Counted from the stretch's first letter, positions 24,081 through 38,559 are shown. The stretch is DNA of 64,000 nucleotides from Camelus dromedarius (GCF_036321535.1 NC_087436.1:21268001-21332000); one strand, 5' to 3'. Numbers and translations: made by a program. Notes: generated by a model not told the origin, from the sequence alone.

Positions 24081-26889
24081 AGATTTGAAGGAGTATTTTA
24101 TTCATGTAGAAAAAAATGTCTATTTGATCACTTTAAGTTATATGAAATTATTTTTGTTATTAATTTCTGGATAAGATTTATTTAACTTTTATCCTCTGCA
24201 TTTAATTCTAAGAAATCTTTACAATTTAGTAGCTATTAAAAAAAATGAGAGAAAGAAAAATCTATAGCAACAGACTTAGCCCTATACTTGTAAGTTATAA
24301 ACTTCAAATATCTATGCCTTTTAAACCACTGTGATGGAATCTTTATTTCTGGAGTTTAGCCAATATCAAAGTGAAGAGTTCTCCAGAATAAAACTGTTTA
24401 AGTCATATGAACATTTTCTTAACAAATTTATTTTTAATAAACTATAGCAACAATAAATTCAACAGAAAATTAGGGGAAATTATATATAATTCTACCACCA
24501 TCAAAAATATGTATATATTTCCATATTTTCATCTGATTTTTATTCATATACATACATACTTTTTACGTAGCTAACTTTTTAAATAAAAATGAATGTATCT
24601 TCGGTTTCATGAGCCACACTTCTTTCAGAAGTTTAAAATTCTCTGGTTTAAGATTTTAATTCCTTAATATTCCACTTATTGTGACTTTTTCTAGGTCTTG
24701 CTCATCGTGCTAGAATTATGGACATAAATGTGAAGCCCTCACTGAAATCCTTTCTGAAACCTGATTAAGGAAACACATTTAACAACTGTGAAAATGCAAG
24801 ACATTTATTTACCATGAGCTTTCTCAGCACAGCGTCCCAGATAAACTCTAGCAACTAAGATATTTAATGATAACTCAAATAACGTCCTGCTGGGCTTCGT
24901 CCAACTTGCTACAGTTTGCAGTTGATGCTCTAAGCAAATAATGACCAAAACAAATATGTATAATCTTCTCCAAAGAAATACTACCACTTGTTTACCAATA
25001 GTGGTGATCTCATGCTGTAGAGAATGATTTATCAAGTCTAACGGATGAAGAATTTATTCCAGAAAAAAAGATCTTTTGATAGTTGAACTTACGTTAGGCA
25101 TTGTACCCTGAAGACACTCTCGGAATAAATACCTTGACTTCTCGGCCATTTAAATGTTTATACTTTAAAAATGGAAAGTTTAGGCAATAAATTTATAGAC
25201 TATCTACAATGAACAAAGGATAGTTTGTTGCAAAAATAGAGGGGAAGTTGGGGAGAAACAAAATGTCTCTAGTTAAAATTTGACTAGCTTTAAAAAAGCT
25301 AAAAACAAAAAAAATGAGAATAAAAACAAAAGCACTGCTCTGTATTTTGTTGAATAATTGGCCACGAAAAGGGAAAGCAATGAGATTTTCATTTAAAGAT
25401 TAAGATTATGTAACCCTAGGCTGGCTGAAGTAAATGACTTGTGGGTAACTAGATCCAGTTCTTGGTGCAGCAAAGACAAAGGAAGAATAAAAAACACAAC
25501 ATCTCTAGCTCGCCGCCTAGGCATGGCACTGAAGCCCCCACACTATATGGCATTCTAACTTCTAGGAGCAACTGGAAAAGAATAATCAGAAATAATAACT
25601 ATCCAGCATGGCAGCCATTGAGAATCGCTTCTGGTTCCTTTCAGCCTAGTCCGTTCACCAAATGGCTTAGAGGACAACCATAAGTTACCATTTGTTTATA
25701 CCAGCGTCCTAGGAGCTCTCTCTTTCTTGATCTAATCTCAAAATCTAACACACATGACGCCTGGCAAAAGTAGGGACCCAATGAGTGGTGACTGAGTGAA
25801 TGAATGAGCATCTTCATGTATAAGGTGAACCTTATAGGGACCATCATTACAAACATCCATAAATAATTATTAAGTGGCTTGAGGGTTGATGGTGGAAACA
25901 TGTTAGAATGACAATGAATTTATTAAAAAATTTCCATTAAACTTGTATAAATATGTTTACACTTTAAATGCAGAAATAAGCATCATTTAAAACCACTTTA
26001 AATGCTATTATATGAAATATAACTAAATCGGAAAACTTTTCCCCCAGGTACCCAGAAGGAGCAGCAAATACAGGGCATAAAATCATAGTGAATGCAATTC
26101 ACTGAATAGGTTTCCTTTCTTCTCCATTCTTTTGTCTGCCCCCTAGTGGAGTCCTTATGAGCAGAGAAAACATAAGAAAGGCAGGCACTACAGAAATCAG
26201 GAAAAACAAAAACAGAACAGAACAGAACAAAGCACAGAGCACAAAGCGACTCCGGACTTCTATAAATCAGTTACTCAGGAACAGAAAGTTCCTATTCAAC
26301 GCTCTTATCCCAAAGACAAAACTCTTGGCTCATTGTAGGTAGGTTCACTGTTTCCTTGTGCACCTTTGGACTTTTGATCATTACCTTTTAAGGAAAGTTA
26401 GATCTCTAAATTGCATCTAAGTGTTATGTGGGTCTCATTATTTAAGAAGACAATTTACTAACTGCTAGTTTCTAAGTTGACCTGGTCGGTCTGCTTTAAT
26501 TTTTGGTTTTCAGGTTTCTTAGTCACAAGCAGCTAAAACAAAATTATTTCCATAAAGATGACTCTGGAAAGCTATGGGTTCATTTCCACAGTTCTTCGAG
26601 TCCAGGGACAGGTAAAGTGAAACAGAGACTCCGCTTCAGGGATGGCAGGCGTGGCTGAGTGACTCCTCCCGGAAAGCAGGCTTATCTCCATGGGGATCTT
26701 TCTGTCTGGAAAGGGGTGTGGGTTCTGTCTATGATCTCATCACCAGCAACAGCTGACTCTCCTCTAAACCGGCTGCCCATTTTATGCTCGAGTTTCGCAC
26801 TAACACGTACAGTTCCTTAAATACGAAGATGACAGACACTGCTACTGACTTAGGAAAACAACCCATTACGTGACCCCCGCCTTGTAACA

Positions 26890-26915
26890 AGCCAGCCAGC
26901 CAGCCAGCCAGCCAG
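26890..26915 (+). repeat. (AGCC)6 microsatellite
   Basis: Read directly. Confidence 0.9.
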
Positions 26916-28584
26916 GGTTACACAAACTACACTCAATGAACGAAACATCAGAAAATCTTCCCTTAAAGGGAGATACAAGTAGTAGACGTAGTGTCTGGGC
27001 TCCAGTATCCAGTGGTTCCATTTCTTAACTTCCAGAGCAGTCAGATTGCCTAATAACTCAAGATTATTTTAAACAAAATGGTTTCTGGAGAGGTGATACT
27101 AGATTTTCTCCCATATGTAAGCACTTGAACATCTACAACTCCTCCAGTGTTGGTGAGAACTCTGTATCCCAGAATTGTGTTAAAAAAAAAAAAATCAAAT
27201 GAGAAGATCCACACAAAAAACACTCGGAGGTGAATAAAGGCACTAAGATAAACAGAGTTCCCTTAATTACTCTGTTTAATGCCCTCTGTAGGAGTGCATT
27301 AGTACGATAATTCTGGCAGGTTCTAAAAACAGTTCCCTTCCAGTGATTTATGACTACATCTTACATGTAACACAGTATCAGCTTTAAACACCCTCACCCG
27401 CTTTTTCATGGAGGAAACAGAGGGACCCGAGAGATGTAGTCAAGGTTTCTTTTAATAAGCAAATGCTCAGGATAGAGGAACACAAGAGTGAAAATTTTTC
27501 TGTTCTCAGTCTGTTGTGAATGAGGAGACGGCTGACATCCATCTCCCTCCGTTCATTTATCTTTCCCCTTTGGACAAACCCTCAGCAACAGGAAGTATCA
27601 AGAAAACAGAAGAAACTCCTACACTGCTAATGCTTTTCCCAAGTTCTCTTCTGTTGCTCACATCTCTGCCAGAAAAGCAAGGAAAGGCAAATTTCCACCA
27701 AGGACCCCTGAAACATTTATCTAACCATCAAGGTCTCTATGTCAGGAACAAGGAAGGGGGGGCAGATTTTCCCAGCTCTCTAGACTTGGACATGAAGCCT
27801 CGGGTTAATTTTTATCTGTTGTCTGTTTTACTACCAAATTATTTATAGAGGGCAAAGCAGCTAAAGTAACTGACTTTCTTAAAACTTACTATTTTTAGAC
27901 AATGATATCACTACTAAGTTTTAAATACGCTAACAGTATGATATAATTCTTAAAGTATGCTTATATATCTAATTTAATGTTTCGGAGTCTGTTCAAATCA
28001 TTCATTAAAACGTAACAAAGGAACAAAACAATGAAGAGGCAGCTGTTCCATCTGTATATCTGGTTTTCAGCATGTCGTGTATTATACTTAGAGCAAAACA
28101 AGCTACTCAAGAAAGAACGGTTTCCATTCCCAAATAACTATATTTTGAAAATCAGTGCAGTATCATTATTAAAGACTTAAGTTTACACAAGAAGCAGTGA
28201 CTTTCTGCATGCTGGGAAACATACAGCATTAATCACAACTTGGGGTCATATTTACTGTTTTGTTTGCTGGTCTGTCTAGCATCTTCTCTCTCCAAGTGGA
28301 TTTTAAGCAACTTGAGAGCAGACCGAGTCTCTCCAGTCCACCAAGCTGCAGCGCTTTAGATCAAATAAAAGGTGCTGAATAAAAGAGTATTTATATAAAA
28401 ATGTTCTATGGAGTGCATACTTGTAGGAGGTTAAAACATCAAATGGTACAAAAGAGCTTATCAGGCAATGTAGTCATCCCCATGGCAAGCATCCTCACCC
28501 CCCACCCCCAACGCCGCTCTACTCTAAAAGTAGAACGGTTTTGGCTTCTCTCGGTGGTTACCCTGAGTTGGTTATTCTTGGTTT

Positions 28585-28952
28585 AGCACTATCCCCCCAA
28601 TTCTTTGCCCTTCTCTGTGTTTGGGAAGGGGCTGAGTGCATTTATTCCCCCACCCCCACCACGCCTGTCTCCTGGCTTTAACTCCTAGTTGCCAGCAATG
28701 GTTGTCTAGTTCCTAAGCATAGTGCCCCTGGGTGGGTGGGTGGGGTCACACCACATTGCTCCAGAGCTCACTGGTCTTGTATATAGTTTCTAAATTAGCA
28801 TTTATTATTTCTTCCACTGTCCCTCCAGCCCTAAGGGTATAAGAACCCTCATCCCATACCCAGCTCACAGCACCATACACTGTCCTTTCATTAAAGTCTG
28901 CATCTGAACCGTCTGAGCTGAGTCCAGTCTCTTATCAGGACACTCAGATACT
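28585..28952 (+). mobile_element. ERVL solo LTR (LTR33-like), diverged
   Basis: catttattcccc, tgtccctccagccctaagggt, and a 3' end cctttcattaaagtct...caggacactcagatac. Confidence 0.55.
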
Positions 28953-28959
28953 TCAGATT

Positions 28960-29810
28960 TCCCAGTACTACACTTACATGTGACTTGTCACTTTTAGACA
29001 TTATCTACTGAAGTTCAGCCTGGAGAGGCAGCTCACTTTCCCTCTGCTGCCTCTCCCCTCCTCCCTCCCAAAGCTGTGATACCGCCAGCTCCAGTCCCTC
29101 CATCACAGGGACTTCCAGCCACATACTAAACCCCTGCGTAGCTCATCAGGCACAGAAGGGTAACTTTCCTGGAACAATGTTCTCATCCTCTCCCCCATCT
29201 TCCCTCATGCCCTTCCGCTGCCTAATTTTCATCTATCATACACAAACTTTGACATCGTCAAGGCTGATAACACACACAATCTGTTCTATAATCACCTCGA
29301 TTTCTGTTTTTTTTTTTTTTCTTATTCTAAAAGTTGAGTCTAAGAGTTTAAAATCAATAAAGGGCATTTACACTCTCATAACCATGGATGTGCTGTTTCC
29401 TACAGTCCCAAGTTAGGGTGGTCCAGTGCTGCTGGTCCAGTGTCAGGGTCACTACCCCCGGAGCCACGCAATGGAGAATGCTCCTTGGGGAGAGGTCTGA
29501 TGGATTCTCTGTTTTCGACCTCACCAATTGTGTTTATCAGATCTTCAACTTTTTCCAAGCCCCCCATTGCAATTCCCATTTTATCAATCCTCTCCCTTCC
29601 TAGATCCTCTCTGCTGGAATCCCCCCTGCTCCGCCCCTCTGCCTGCCCAGAAATGGGTGCCCACGGGCTTTCCTCTTGGGAGCTCCTGCCTTGCTTTCCC
29701 AGGGTGGGTCCACCAAGCCCTGCAGGCTGCGCCTTCCTTCTTGGTTTACTCCTCATTCTATTACCTCCAAACCTTAGGACAGGGTATATGGGAGGCATGC
29801 TTGAAAGACA
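28960..29810 (-). mobile_element. Old L1-related relic (HAL1-like)
   Basis: ccttccttcttggtttactcctcatt...gacagggtatatgggaggc resembles antisense HAL1. It would account for the overlapping ORFs at 29400-29860. Confidence 0.45.
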
Positions 29811-29909
29811 GCACCAGGGCATTTTATAAGCCACTGCAATTTGAAAGAGCACTGTTTTAAAAATTAGTATTCATTATGCTATTCTCTGAGAATAAAGGTA
29901 ACAACGATA

Positions 29910-30191
29910 CAGTCTGCCCTCCACATCTGCACATCCAATTTCAACCAATCTCAGATCAAAGGTATTCAGGAAAAAAAGAACTTCCAGAAAGTTCCAAAAA
30001 GCAAAACTTCAATTTAACACTCTAACAACTATTTACATTGTATTAGGTGTCAGAAGTCATCAAGAGATGATTTAAAGTATACGGGAGGACATGCACTAAG
30101 CCATTTTATATAAGGAACTTGAGCATCCGTGGATTTCAGTATCCGAGGGGGGTCCTGGAACCAATCTCTCTCAGATACCAACGGACAACTG
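29910..30191. mobile_element. MER2-like TcMar-Tigger MITE
   Basis: TA|cagtctgccctcc...gatgatttaaagtatacgggagg...ggtcctggaaccaatc...ggacaactg|TA, with TA target-site duplication. Confidence 0.9.
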
Positions 30192-30469
30192 TATTTTAAA
30201 AGCCTTCTCAAACATTTTTAGTTGCAACTAAAGGCTTTCACTGCCTGAGCCATGGGTATTTTCTAACAGTCTTACTGTTTGCCATTTAAGTTACAGTATC
30301 AACCCATGGAAATGTGGATTTCATGTTCAATTTTCCTTTTGTATACTCAACAGTTTAAACAATTCATTCGAAATTTAAAATATTCTTAGCACAAAAACAT
30401 CTAAAATGACATCAACTAGCAACCTATATGCTCTGGGGAAGATATTTCATTGGAAATAATGAATAACTA

Positions 30470-30610
30470 CTATATTCACTCACTCACTCACTCATCTAAA
30501 AATATTTATCGAGCACCTCCATGTGCCACTGTTCTAGCTCCTGGAGGAACATTAGTGGTTCGAGAAACAAAAATCTGCCCACCTCAGCAAACTTAAATTC
30601 TAGTGGAGAA
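30470..30610 (-). mobile_element. L2 3' end
   Basis: cactcactcactcatc...atatttatcgagcacctccatgtgcc. Confidence 0.7.
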
Positions 30611-31974
30611 GACAAACACAAGTAAACCAGCAGAACTGGCTTCAATTCTGTAACTGCCACGAAGCAAGGCTAAAGTGGATCTGAAAGGGCTCACCTTATC
30701 TGAACGGTCGGTTGGAAGGATGAGGGACATAGTTTTAGCACTCCCGTAAAACGTATTCTAGTACGCTAAGCTGCCGCTATTCTTAACACAGTCCCACTGG
30801 GCAGGGACAAGTATCAGGCTCTCAGGATCAGGTTCTGGGAGCTGCAGGCTTGAAAGCCCTGCAATCTCGTCCTCTCAAAGGTCTCCATCAGCTAATAAGA
30901 TGAGGTAATAATAATCAATGCGCGGCTTCACCGTGTAATCTCCATTACTTCAAGTCCCCTGACATCATTAAAACCAATCCTGGAATACTCATCTCTCCGG
31001 TCTCTCTGGTCCAATATCTACAAACAGAGTAAACGACTCGAGTGAAACAGAAGGGGAAAGAAAGAATGAATTGTACTTCATTTTTTGTTTGTTTCTTTTA
31101 ACATTTTCTATATTTTGTAAATAAGCAAGTTTGTTCTTCCCCTACTTGGGAGAGCCAGGGGGAGCGAATCAGGAGGTATTAGAGAAGATGAAGAGAGGTT
31201 TTCAGGCATCCAACAGATGTTTTATGATGATAATGATGATGATGAAGGCAAGTGGCCAAAGGGAACACAATTACTTGGCTTCACAGAGAAATATACAGAC
31301 TATGATGATTTTGTATATGTATGTGACAGGTGTTCTGAGGGAGCATACAAATAATGCATGTTCAGGAAACATTAGTTGACTTGGTGCTGAAGATTTATTT
31401 CTGCACAGGAAAATAATCAAACAAAAGGCAACACGCTTCCCCTCAAATGGGAGCAATTAAACTGGACACACAGAATCATAAAGGTGGGCTCCCCAGGGAA
31501 GGGGGGATGTTAACACTGGCTGACCTGGAGAAACGGCCAGCCTCCCTTTCCATCTAAATCTTTCTTCTCTTCTGCTGACTGCTTTTCGTGTTCTTGTTTC
31601 CCCCTCTTTCACTCCTGAACTATTATCCTCTCCCCAATCTCTCTCATTTCCACTTTATTTCTTCTTGTCACAAGCATATCAAAGAATGTCTGTTTGCTTG
31701 GTCTTAAAGTGTCACATTTAACATTCTTTTTTTCACCTAAAAAGTGGGTATCTTTATTGTTTCCTTTGATGCTTTCAAGCATTTTTTTTTTACATTTGAG
31801 TACAGATCTGTCTCGACTTCTTTTTTCAGTAAAGCAGGCACTATTAGAAAGCAAATGGGCCTTCCTTCTTGATGCAGTAAACAGAAAATTGTCTTTCATA
31901 ATTTGGACATTCACCAGTTGAAAGCAAAGGCTAGTCTGGATGATCTCTAGTCTTTCCCCATCACAACAGTTAGT

Positions 31975-32215
31975 AATAATCATTAACATTTAAGGTATAT
32001 TCACTAAATATCAGGCATTGGTCTAAACACTTTATCTATGAACACAGTTCTCACCACAATCCTATGAAGTAGGCCCTGTAACTACTCCCATTCCTAGGTG
32101 AGAAAATGAGCCAGAGAGACATTAAGTGACTTGCTCAAGATCATACTGGAAGTAGTAAAGCCAGAATTTGAACCAATGTCCCCTGGCCCCATAGTCTGTG
32201 CCTTAACTACTTAAC
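31975..32215 (-). mobile_element. MIR SINE
   Basis: tctcaccacaatcctatgaagtagg...attaagtgacttgctcaagatcatac...agccagaatttgaacc. Confidence 0.8.
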
Positions 32216-32234
32216 ATTAGACATCTGTCTATGA

Positions 32235-32421
32235 CGGGGGCAGCAGACCCTTTCATGAAGGGTCAGGTAGTAAATATTTCAGGCATTGCACAATTGCTAC
32301 ACATGGTCCATGACTCATATTCTTCTTGTTTTTATTTATTTATTTTTTTTACAATCTTTTAGAACTGTAAAGAGCCTTCTTAGACATAATCAGGCCTACA
32401 GGATGTAGTTTGCTGACCCCT
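32235..32421. mobile_element. MER58-like hAT-Charlie element
   Basis: aagggtcaggtagtaaatatttcaggc...gtagtttgctgacccctg. Confidence 0.65.
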
Positions 32422-32598
32422 GGGCTATGATTTTATTAATTCATAGGGGCCATTCTATGACTTTTCATTTGGACAAATTCAGACAAGCTAAAGTGAGAGA
32501 TTCCAGATAGGCAGTTTATAATCTGGAGTCCATGAATGCCCAAGAGCTATCAATCGTGGGTTGTCACTGAAACAATAAAGGTAAAGCAAATGCAAACA

Positions 32599-33169
32599 GT
32601 TTGGAAGCAACCCAAGTGTCCATCAACAGATGAATGGATAAAGAAGATGTGTGTGTGTGTGTGTGTGTGTGTATACATATACATATATATACACATATAC
32701 ATATATATACACATATGCATATGTGTACACACGATAGAAAACTACTCAGCTATAAAAAAAGAACACAATTTTGCCATTTGCAGCACCACGAATGGACTTG
32801 GAGGGTATAATGCAAAGTAAAATAAGTCAGACAGAGAAAGACAAATACTGTATGGTATCACTTATATGTGGAATCTAAAAAATACAACAAACTAGTGAAT
32901 ATAAGAAAAAAGAAGCAGACTCATATATAGAGAGCAAACTAGTAGTTACCAGTGGGGAGAGGAAAGGGGGAGGGGCAATATAGGGGGAGGGGTTTAAGAG
33001 GCACAAACTAGCAGGCATAAAATAAGCTACAAGGATATATTGTACAACACAGGGAATATAGGCAGTATTTTATAATAAATATAAATGGAGTATAACCTTT
33101 AAAAATTATGAATCACTATACTGCACACCTATAACATATATCATCAACTATACTTCAATTAAAAAAAGA
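32599..33169 (+). mobile_element. LINE-1 3' end with internal (TG)n/(TA)n microsatellite
   Basis: tggaagcaacccaagtgtccatcaacagatgaatggataaag; perfect 11-bp TSD aaatgcaaaca at 32588-32598 and 33170-33180. Confidence 0.92.
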
Positions 33170-35329
33170 AAATGCAAACATCAGAATCAAAGAATTGAAG
33201 GGGGTTTGTGAACATGCGCAAGGACATACAGATATGAACCAGGTACAATGATCACTAATGGGAATTACTGAAAAACAAAAATCTAAGTGAGCTTCAATGA
33301 CCTAGTACTTCACACAGGGAAAATTCTGGATATTTCTAACTTTATCTGTTGGACAGAACTACTATTGTAATCTGCTCACTGATTCTAACAGCACCATCTG
33401 AGTATTAAAGAAATGCCTTCCTTTTCAAAGCCCCTCATAAACACAAATTCATTGTTGAATGATCAAAATATTCATTATTTTCAACGTCGGAAACTAAACA
33501 AGAGTAACTAATTAACTACCAGTCCAAGACCTCAGAGGAATTTGGAAATCATAAGAATCTGAACTTCATCAATTGGAATTCTTCCTGGGCCACCAGCAAG
33601 GTCCTACTCACATAAAACATTAACACACCATCACCACTGACCACCCTCTTAAGGTGTCAGCACTTTTGAAATAAGTTTTTGTAGGCTTCATATATTTCTC
33701 CACAACTGAATTTTCCTTTAAAAAGCAAAAGCTCAATTTCAACCGCATAGCAATCATTTTGATAAACGCACCAGAAACTAGGGATTTAAGCACTATTTTG
33801 CCTTTTGACTCTACCGAGTCCAACAGGTCAATCTACAAAATCCCACCTCTTAGGAAACTTACTACCTTAGAGGTAAACATTTACATGAAATTTGGTTCAG
33901 GGTGGGTGCTCCTATTTATTTTTGCCACTTTGGTGGGGGAAAAATAAAAACTGAGAGACCTACATTCTTTCCTGTCAACTTTTGGACCATCTGTTTTAAA
34001 AAGCTGCAGCTATTTTCAGCAGTTATGCAAAATGTTACTCATAAAAACAAAAACTGATGTCTGCTCACATTTGAGCATTACTCGCATGTAAGAGAGTCCA
34101 GTGTAAGTTACCTCCAAGCCTCAAATTGTAGATTTTAAAAAATATTATATAGCCACTCAGAATATCATTTCATGCCTTCTGTTTCTTAGCAATTGCTAAA
34201 AGCACAAGAATAAAAATAACTTGGAGATCAATTTTACAAGCATTTAAAAATATTTGCTTTAACACTAGAACTTTACCCCAACTTGGAGATCCTCAAGAAC
34301 TTGTGCATATCTTCTGTTGAGAAAAGTTGCTTACGGAATAATGTTTTTTACTTGAAATATTCAGTGAATATTTCTGTAATTTTTTCCTTCACATACTGCA
34401 AAGTATATTTTTGAAAGAGAAAAATCAAGATGAGTAAGTCTCTGCTCAAGTTCAGGCTTCTCTGCAGAAGTTCCCTCTTCTCTGCCTTTTTTTTCTGGGC
34501 TTTGAAATAACTTCCTTGCTCCTACAATAAGTTTCTCCAGAGGCCTCTGTACTTTGTCCTTGCTGGGTCAGATAAGGGGTTAAGTTTTATTTACAGAGCA
34601 GGCCTTTCTTGTTAGTGGCGGCTGAGAAAGGACACAGCTAGTCAGCCTTCACTCCCTTTATCACGTTCCCACCCCTTCTACAGCCTTCCACCCACCCCTT
34701 CTCCTCTGCCTCCAGGCTTACCTGGATTTGTGGTTTAACCCTGAAAGGACCCCCTCCCTCAAAAGACAACTAACATATTAGGGGAGACACACATTTGGTG
34801 CTGCAACCACTCTTCCATTCCTCTTCCCCTCGAGCAAGGATACTTAGGCCCTCCCTTGAAATCTTATTTTCTAATAAATAAAATAGTGGCTGCACTTGAT
34901 TAAGCCCCACTCCCCCAAGTCTGTTCTGTTCTTCCACCGTCAATGTCTTCCAACTGGGCACATGTCGTCTAGCTACAAATTCCACTCCCAGCATCTCTGG
35001 CAGCCAGATGTGGCCAGGTGACTTAATTCTCCCTAACAAAGAGTGAGTGCAGGGGTGTCAGGGCCTGAAGACATGGCGTGATGCCTCTATACCCTTTCCC
35101 CCTCTGCCTCAGGCTTGGACACAGAGGTGCCCACGACCTCGCTCTGACCATGCGGATGGACTCTGAGATGGGGGGAGGGTGTTCTAACGAGGAAGAAGGA
35201 AACTGGGTCTCTGGATTTCTGCCACAAGCCTGATTGCCTTGCCCTGCAAGCCTGGATGCCACTAAATCACATATCATCTTTAACTCACTGTATTTTGGGG
35301 TCTGTCCGTTCCAATGGCATTGGTTTTAG

Positions 35330-35520
35330 CATCACTGGTGCAAGCACTGGATGTAGCACTGTTCTGACAGTCTTCCACGAATTACCTCATTAATGAGCCC
35401 CTAAGGAAAGTATGGTTACTATTCCCATTTTCCAGATGAAGAAACACAGACTGGGAGGACTGAGTGACAAAGAACAGTGAAGGATGGTGCGATGATCAGC
35501 TGCAGGTCCCTGTGATGCAA
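35330..35520 (-). mobile_element. MIR SINE
   Basis: tattcccattttccagatgaagaaacacagact core. Confidence 0.7.
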
Positions 35521-38310
35521 CATTCAAACACCGGCCCACTACATGGCAGTGTCCACTCCAAGTCACTTTGCAAATGACCTCCCTCTGATTGAGATGTTTC
35601 TGCTGTGTTATCGCTTACATACCCAGAGCAGAAATATTATGAGCTCAAAAATAAGGGATATATATTCTATTTCATTTGCTCATAAATACCATCAATCTAC
35701 TATTTGTTGCAGATCAAAATTTGTAGAACCCTCCACCCACAAACTTCAAACGAATCAGACAGCAGACCAAGTTGAAAGAGACTTCTGCTTGAAACGTTTT
35801 ACTTCCTTTCCAAAATTCTATTCTGTTACACGCAAAGCCCAGATCTGTACCTCAATCCAGTGCTGTAAGACACAGGATTAACTCAAAATGAACTCATTTT
35901 GGCTGAGTTTAATATCAGGCTTATTACGACAGGGGCCATGACACTCTCACCCAACGCTGGGGTTTTCCTTTCAGTAACGGGAGGCTGCACTCCTTCACCC
36001 CTCCTGAACGTTTACACCCAGACCACGAGGGGTGCCAGGGACGCATGTACTGGAGGAGGTTGGCAGGGTGGACGGAGGAGGGGGACATTTCATTATTTTG
36101 CTGAAGTATCCATGTAATCTTCCAGACAGCTCTTATAATTAAGTGCCAGAGTCCATTTATTTATTTCTTCAACAAATAACATATTGAAGGCTTACTGTTT
36201 GCCAACTACTGCACCAGGCACTAGACCAGGGTCATAAGTACAAGGAGTCAGGAGATGGAAGGAAAGCAGTAACTTTGGCAATGGCTTTTCATCCTAACTT
36301 AAGCTTGAGTCAAAATTCCAGAATAGGTGGTTTTATGCTTTAATAATTGCAAAATGCATAGAGCAGAAGAAAAAAAGGCCCTTCCCTTTCCTCCTTTCCA
36401 ACATCCCTCTGTCAGAGGGGGCTGTAACCACTACTTGTAGGTGGGCTTTGAGCATCAACTCGAACTCACGGGTGGGGCCAGAGCACTTTGTCTAGCTGGT
36501 ATCTTTCCTTCCAGTCCTTCCAGAAGGTCTGAATATACATTTAAGATGCATGCTTATCCCTCTGTTTCCCACCACCCTCGCCAACTCCACTAGGTTTTCA
36601 TTAACAGGAGATGGATGAGTGAACAGCATGAATTCTTTGCCAGCATCAGCAAGTTATGTCACGATCATTCTAGGCTTGGTTAAAAAGACAGAGGAAGAAG
36701 GAGTTGGTGTTCCATAGGGACATCATTTCTACAAAAATAAAAGCTTTTCTGACATTGGATGAGTGGCTGTGGAAAGACGGAGCTATGAAAACGCTACCTT
36801 CAATGAGTAAAAGGTGGTGATTTTAGACGGACCGTCAAGGTAGTAAGGTACATCTCCGATAGCACCAGTTAGGAAAGGCTCCTGTCCTGCGCTGGGAGAG
36901 GACCAAGTGGCTTTTCTGCAGGTGGCAGATCTCCTGCACTCAGGCGGTCCTGCCCACGTGCTCCCCTGCCCCTCATGCCTCATACAAGTGCTGTCTGCTT
37001 TCTGGCTCAGCTTTGGCTTTCAAGGAACTTGCCTGAAACTTCCAAATATGAATGCATTCAAATACTGCCTCAGGTCATAAGAAAACACTTTTACAATGCA
37101 GTGTCTTCTTTCTAAAAACTAGCTAAAAATTGCTCTGGGTCTTGAAGATCTTAAGTGGCACTCCTTTTTAACGTAACTATTAGAGCCCTGTTTACATTTG
37201 CACCTGAACTCCTCCAGGGAAGTCAATTCCATTTTTTGGGAGGGGCATTCATCGGCAGATTTTATTGTTTGGAGAGAGCATCCCGTACCACTGACCAACA
37301 CCTGTGAGGTGACAGTGAAGACGGCAGGGCTCGGTCAGATCTGGACTCAGCCTCAGGACCTCATGGACTCTGCAAGACCAGAAACAGACACGGGATGCCT
37401 CTAACGCCACACAGAAAGTAGCGAGTGCCATAGGAGGCAGAAACCAAGCACTATGAGTGTTCAAGGAGGGAGAGCTTACCTCCTTAGGTTGGAAGAAGGG
37501 GCCCAGCTGGAAAGGAAACTCTAAGTGTGGGAGGCGCCAAAATGAGGCTGGCACCCCCATCTGCCCAGCTGTGAACGTGCCTACCCTGTCACTGTAGCCC
37601 AGGCCCCCAAAGCCTTTCACCAGAGTGAAGCTAAGGAAACCACAGGAGGAAATACATGGAGACGGCCAACCACAGACTAGACCTGAGGTATTTCTGCGAG
37701 GCTGGAGACCCGGGTGTGTGTAAGGCTGGGAAGGAGAACAGGACAGGAAAGCAAGATTAGTGCTAAAGTGTGCAAAGACCTGGAGTGACCAACCAGGGAG
37801 GTGGGCCTCTATTGCGTAGGTAATGGGGCCCACTGGAAGATGTTTTTTAAAGAGGAGTAACGTACGACACACTTACAGGAGGCGACCTTGGAGGGTTTGG
37901 AGGAGGCTGAGGCTCTGTGCAGGGAGACCAGTGAGAAGGCAATGGGAAAAGAAGATCTGACCTACGGTAACGGAGTGAAGATGCAGCAAGTGTCAAGGGC
38001 AAGACCGAAAAGTGGGCTGCAGGGACGGGGGCGGTACCTGAGTGCGGATGCTCCGCTGTAAAGATGGAAGCTCACTTCCGTAACCAACCTCTGTACATCC
38101 CACTTCACCTCCACCAAGGCACTTCACGCCTGGCTCCTTAAATCTTTCCTCATGTTGCTTTTTCAACGACCACCCATATATCCCCTACTCCCCATGGGTC
38201 ATGAATCTTCACAAGAGCCACCTCCTAACTCTGCATTTCCAAGGCAGTGACTCATCTGCTTACCAGACTACCAGCTGCTCCCCTAACACTCCTTGCCCCC
38301 TTTTCTATAG

Positions 38311-38533
38311 CAGAGGTCAACGAACGTCTGTAAAGCACCAGAGAGTCAATACTTTAGGCTTTGCCGGCAATAAGGTCTCGGGCACAACTGCTCACTTCTT
38401 CTACTGTAATGGGAAGGCAGCTGCAGACCATTCATAAACGTGACTGGGCGTGGCCTTATCCCCATACAATTTCATTTTACAACGACACGTCGCTGGCTGA
38501 TCTGATGCTTAGACCACTGCTTGCCAGCTCCTG
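38311..38533. mobile_element. MER58A-like hAT-Charlie MITE
   Basis: cagaggtcaacgaac...ctgtaaagcaccagagagtcaatactttaggctttgc...ttgccagctcctg; TSD-like ttctatag / gtctacag. Confidence 0.85.
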
Positions 38534-38559
38534 GTCTACAGTAACCGCAGCCTTCACAG

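Noticed and set aside
29388..29860. Four overlapping ORFs on both strands
   Set aside because: No protein similarity recognised; the region resembles an old HAL1/L1 relic with few stop codons.
37249..37872. Longest ORF in the track (207 aa, minus strand)
   Set aside because: No ATG start and no recognisable domain; its upstream part overlaps L2-like sequence. Chance ORF in a GC-richer patch.
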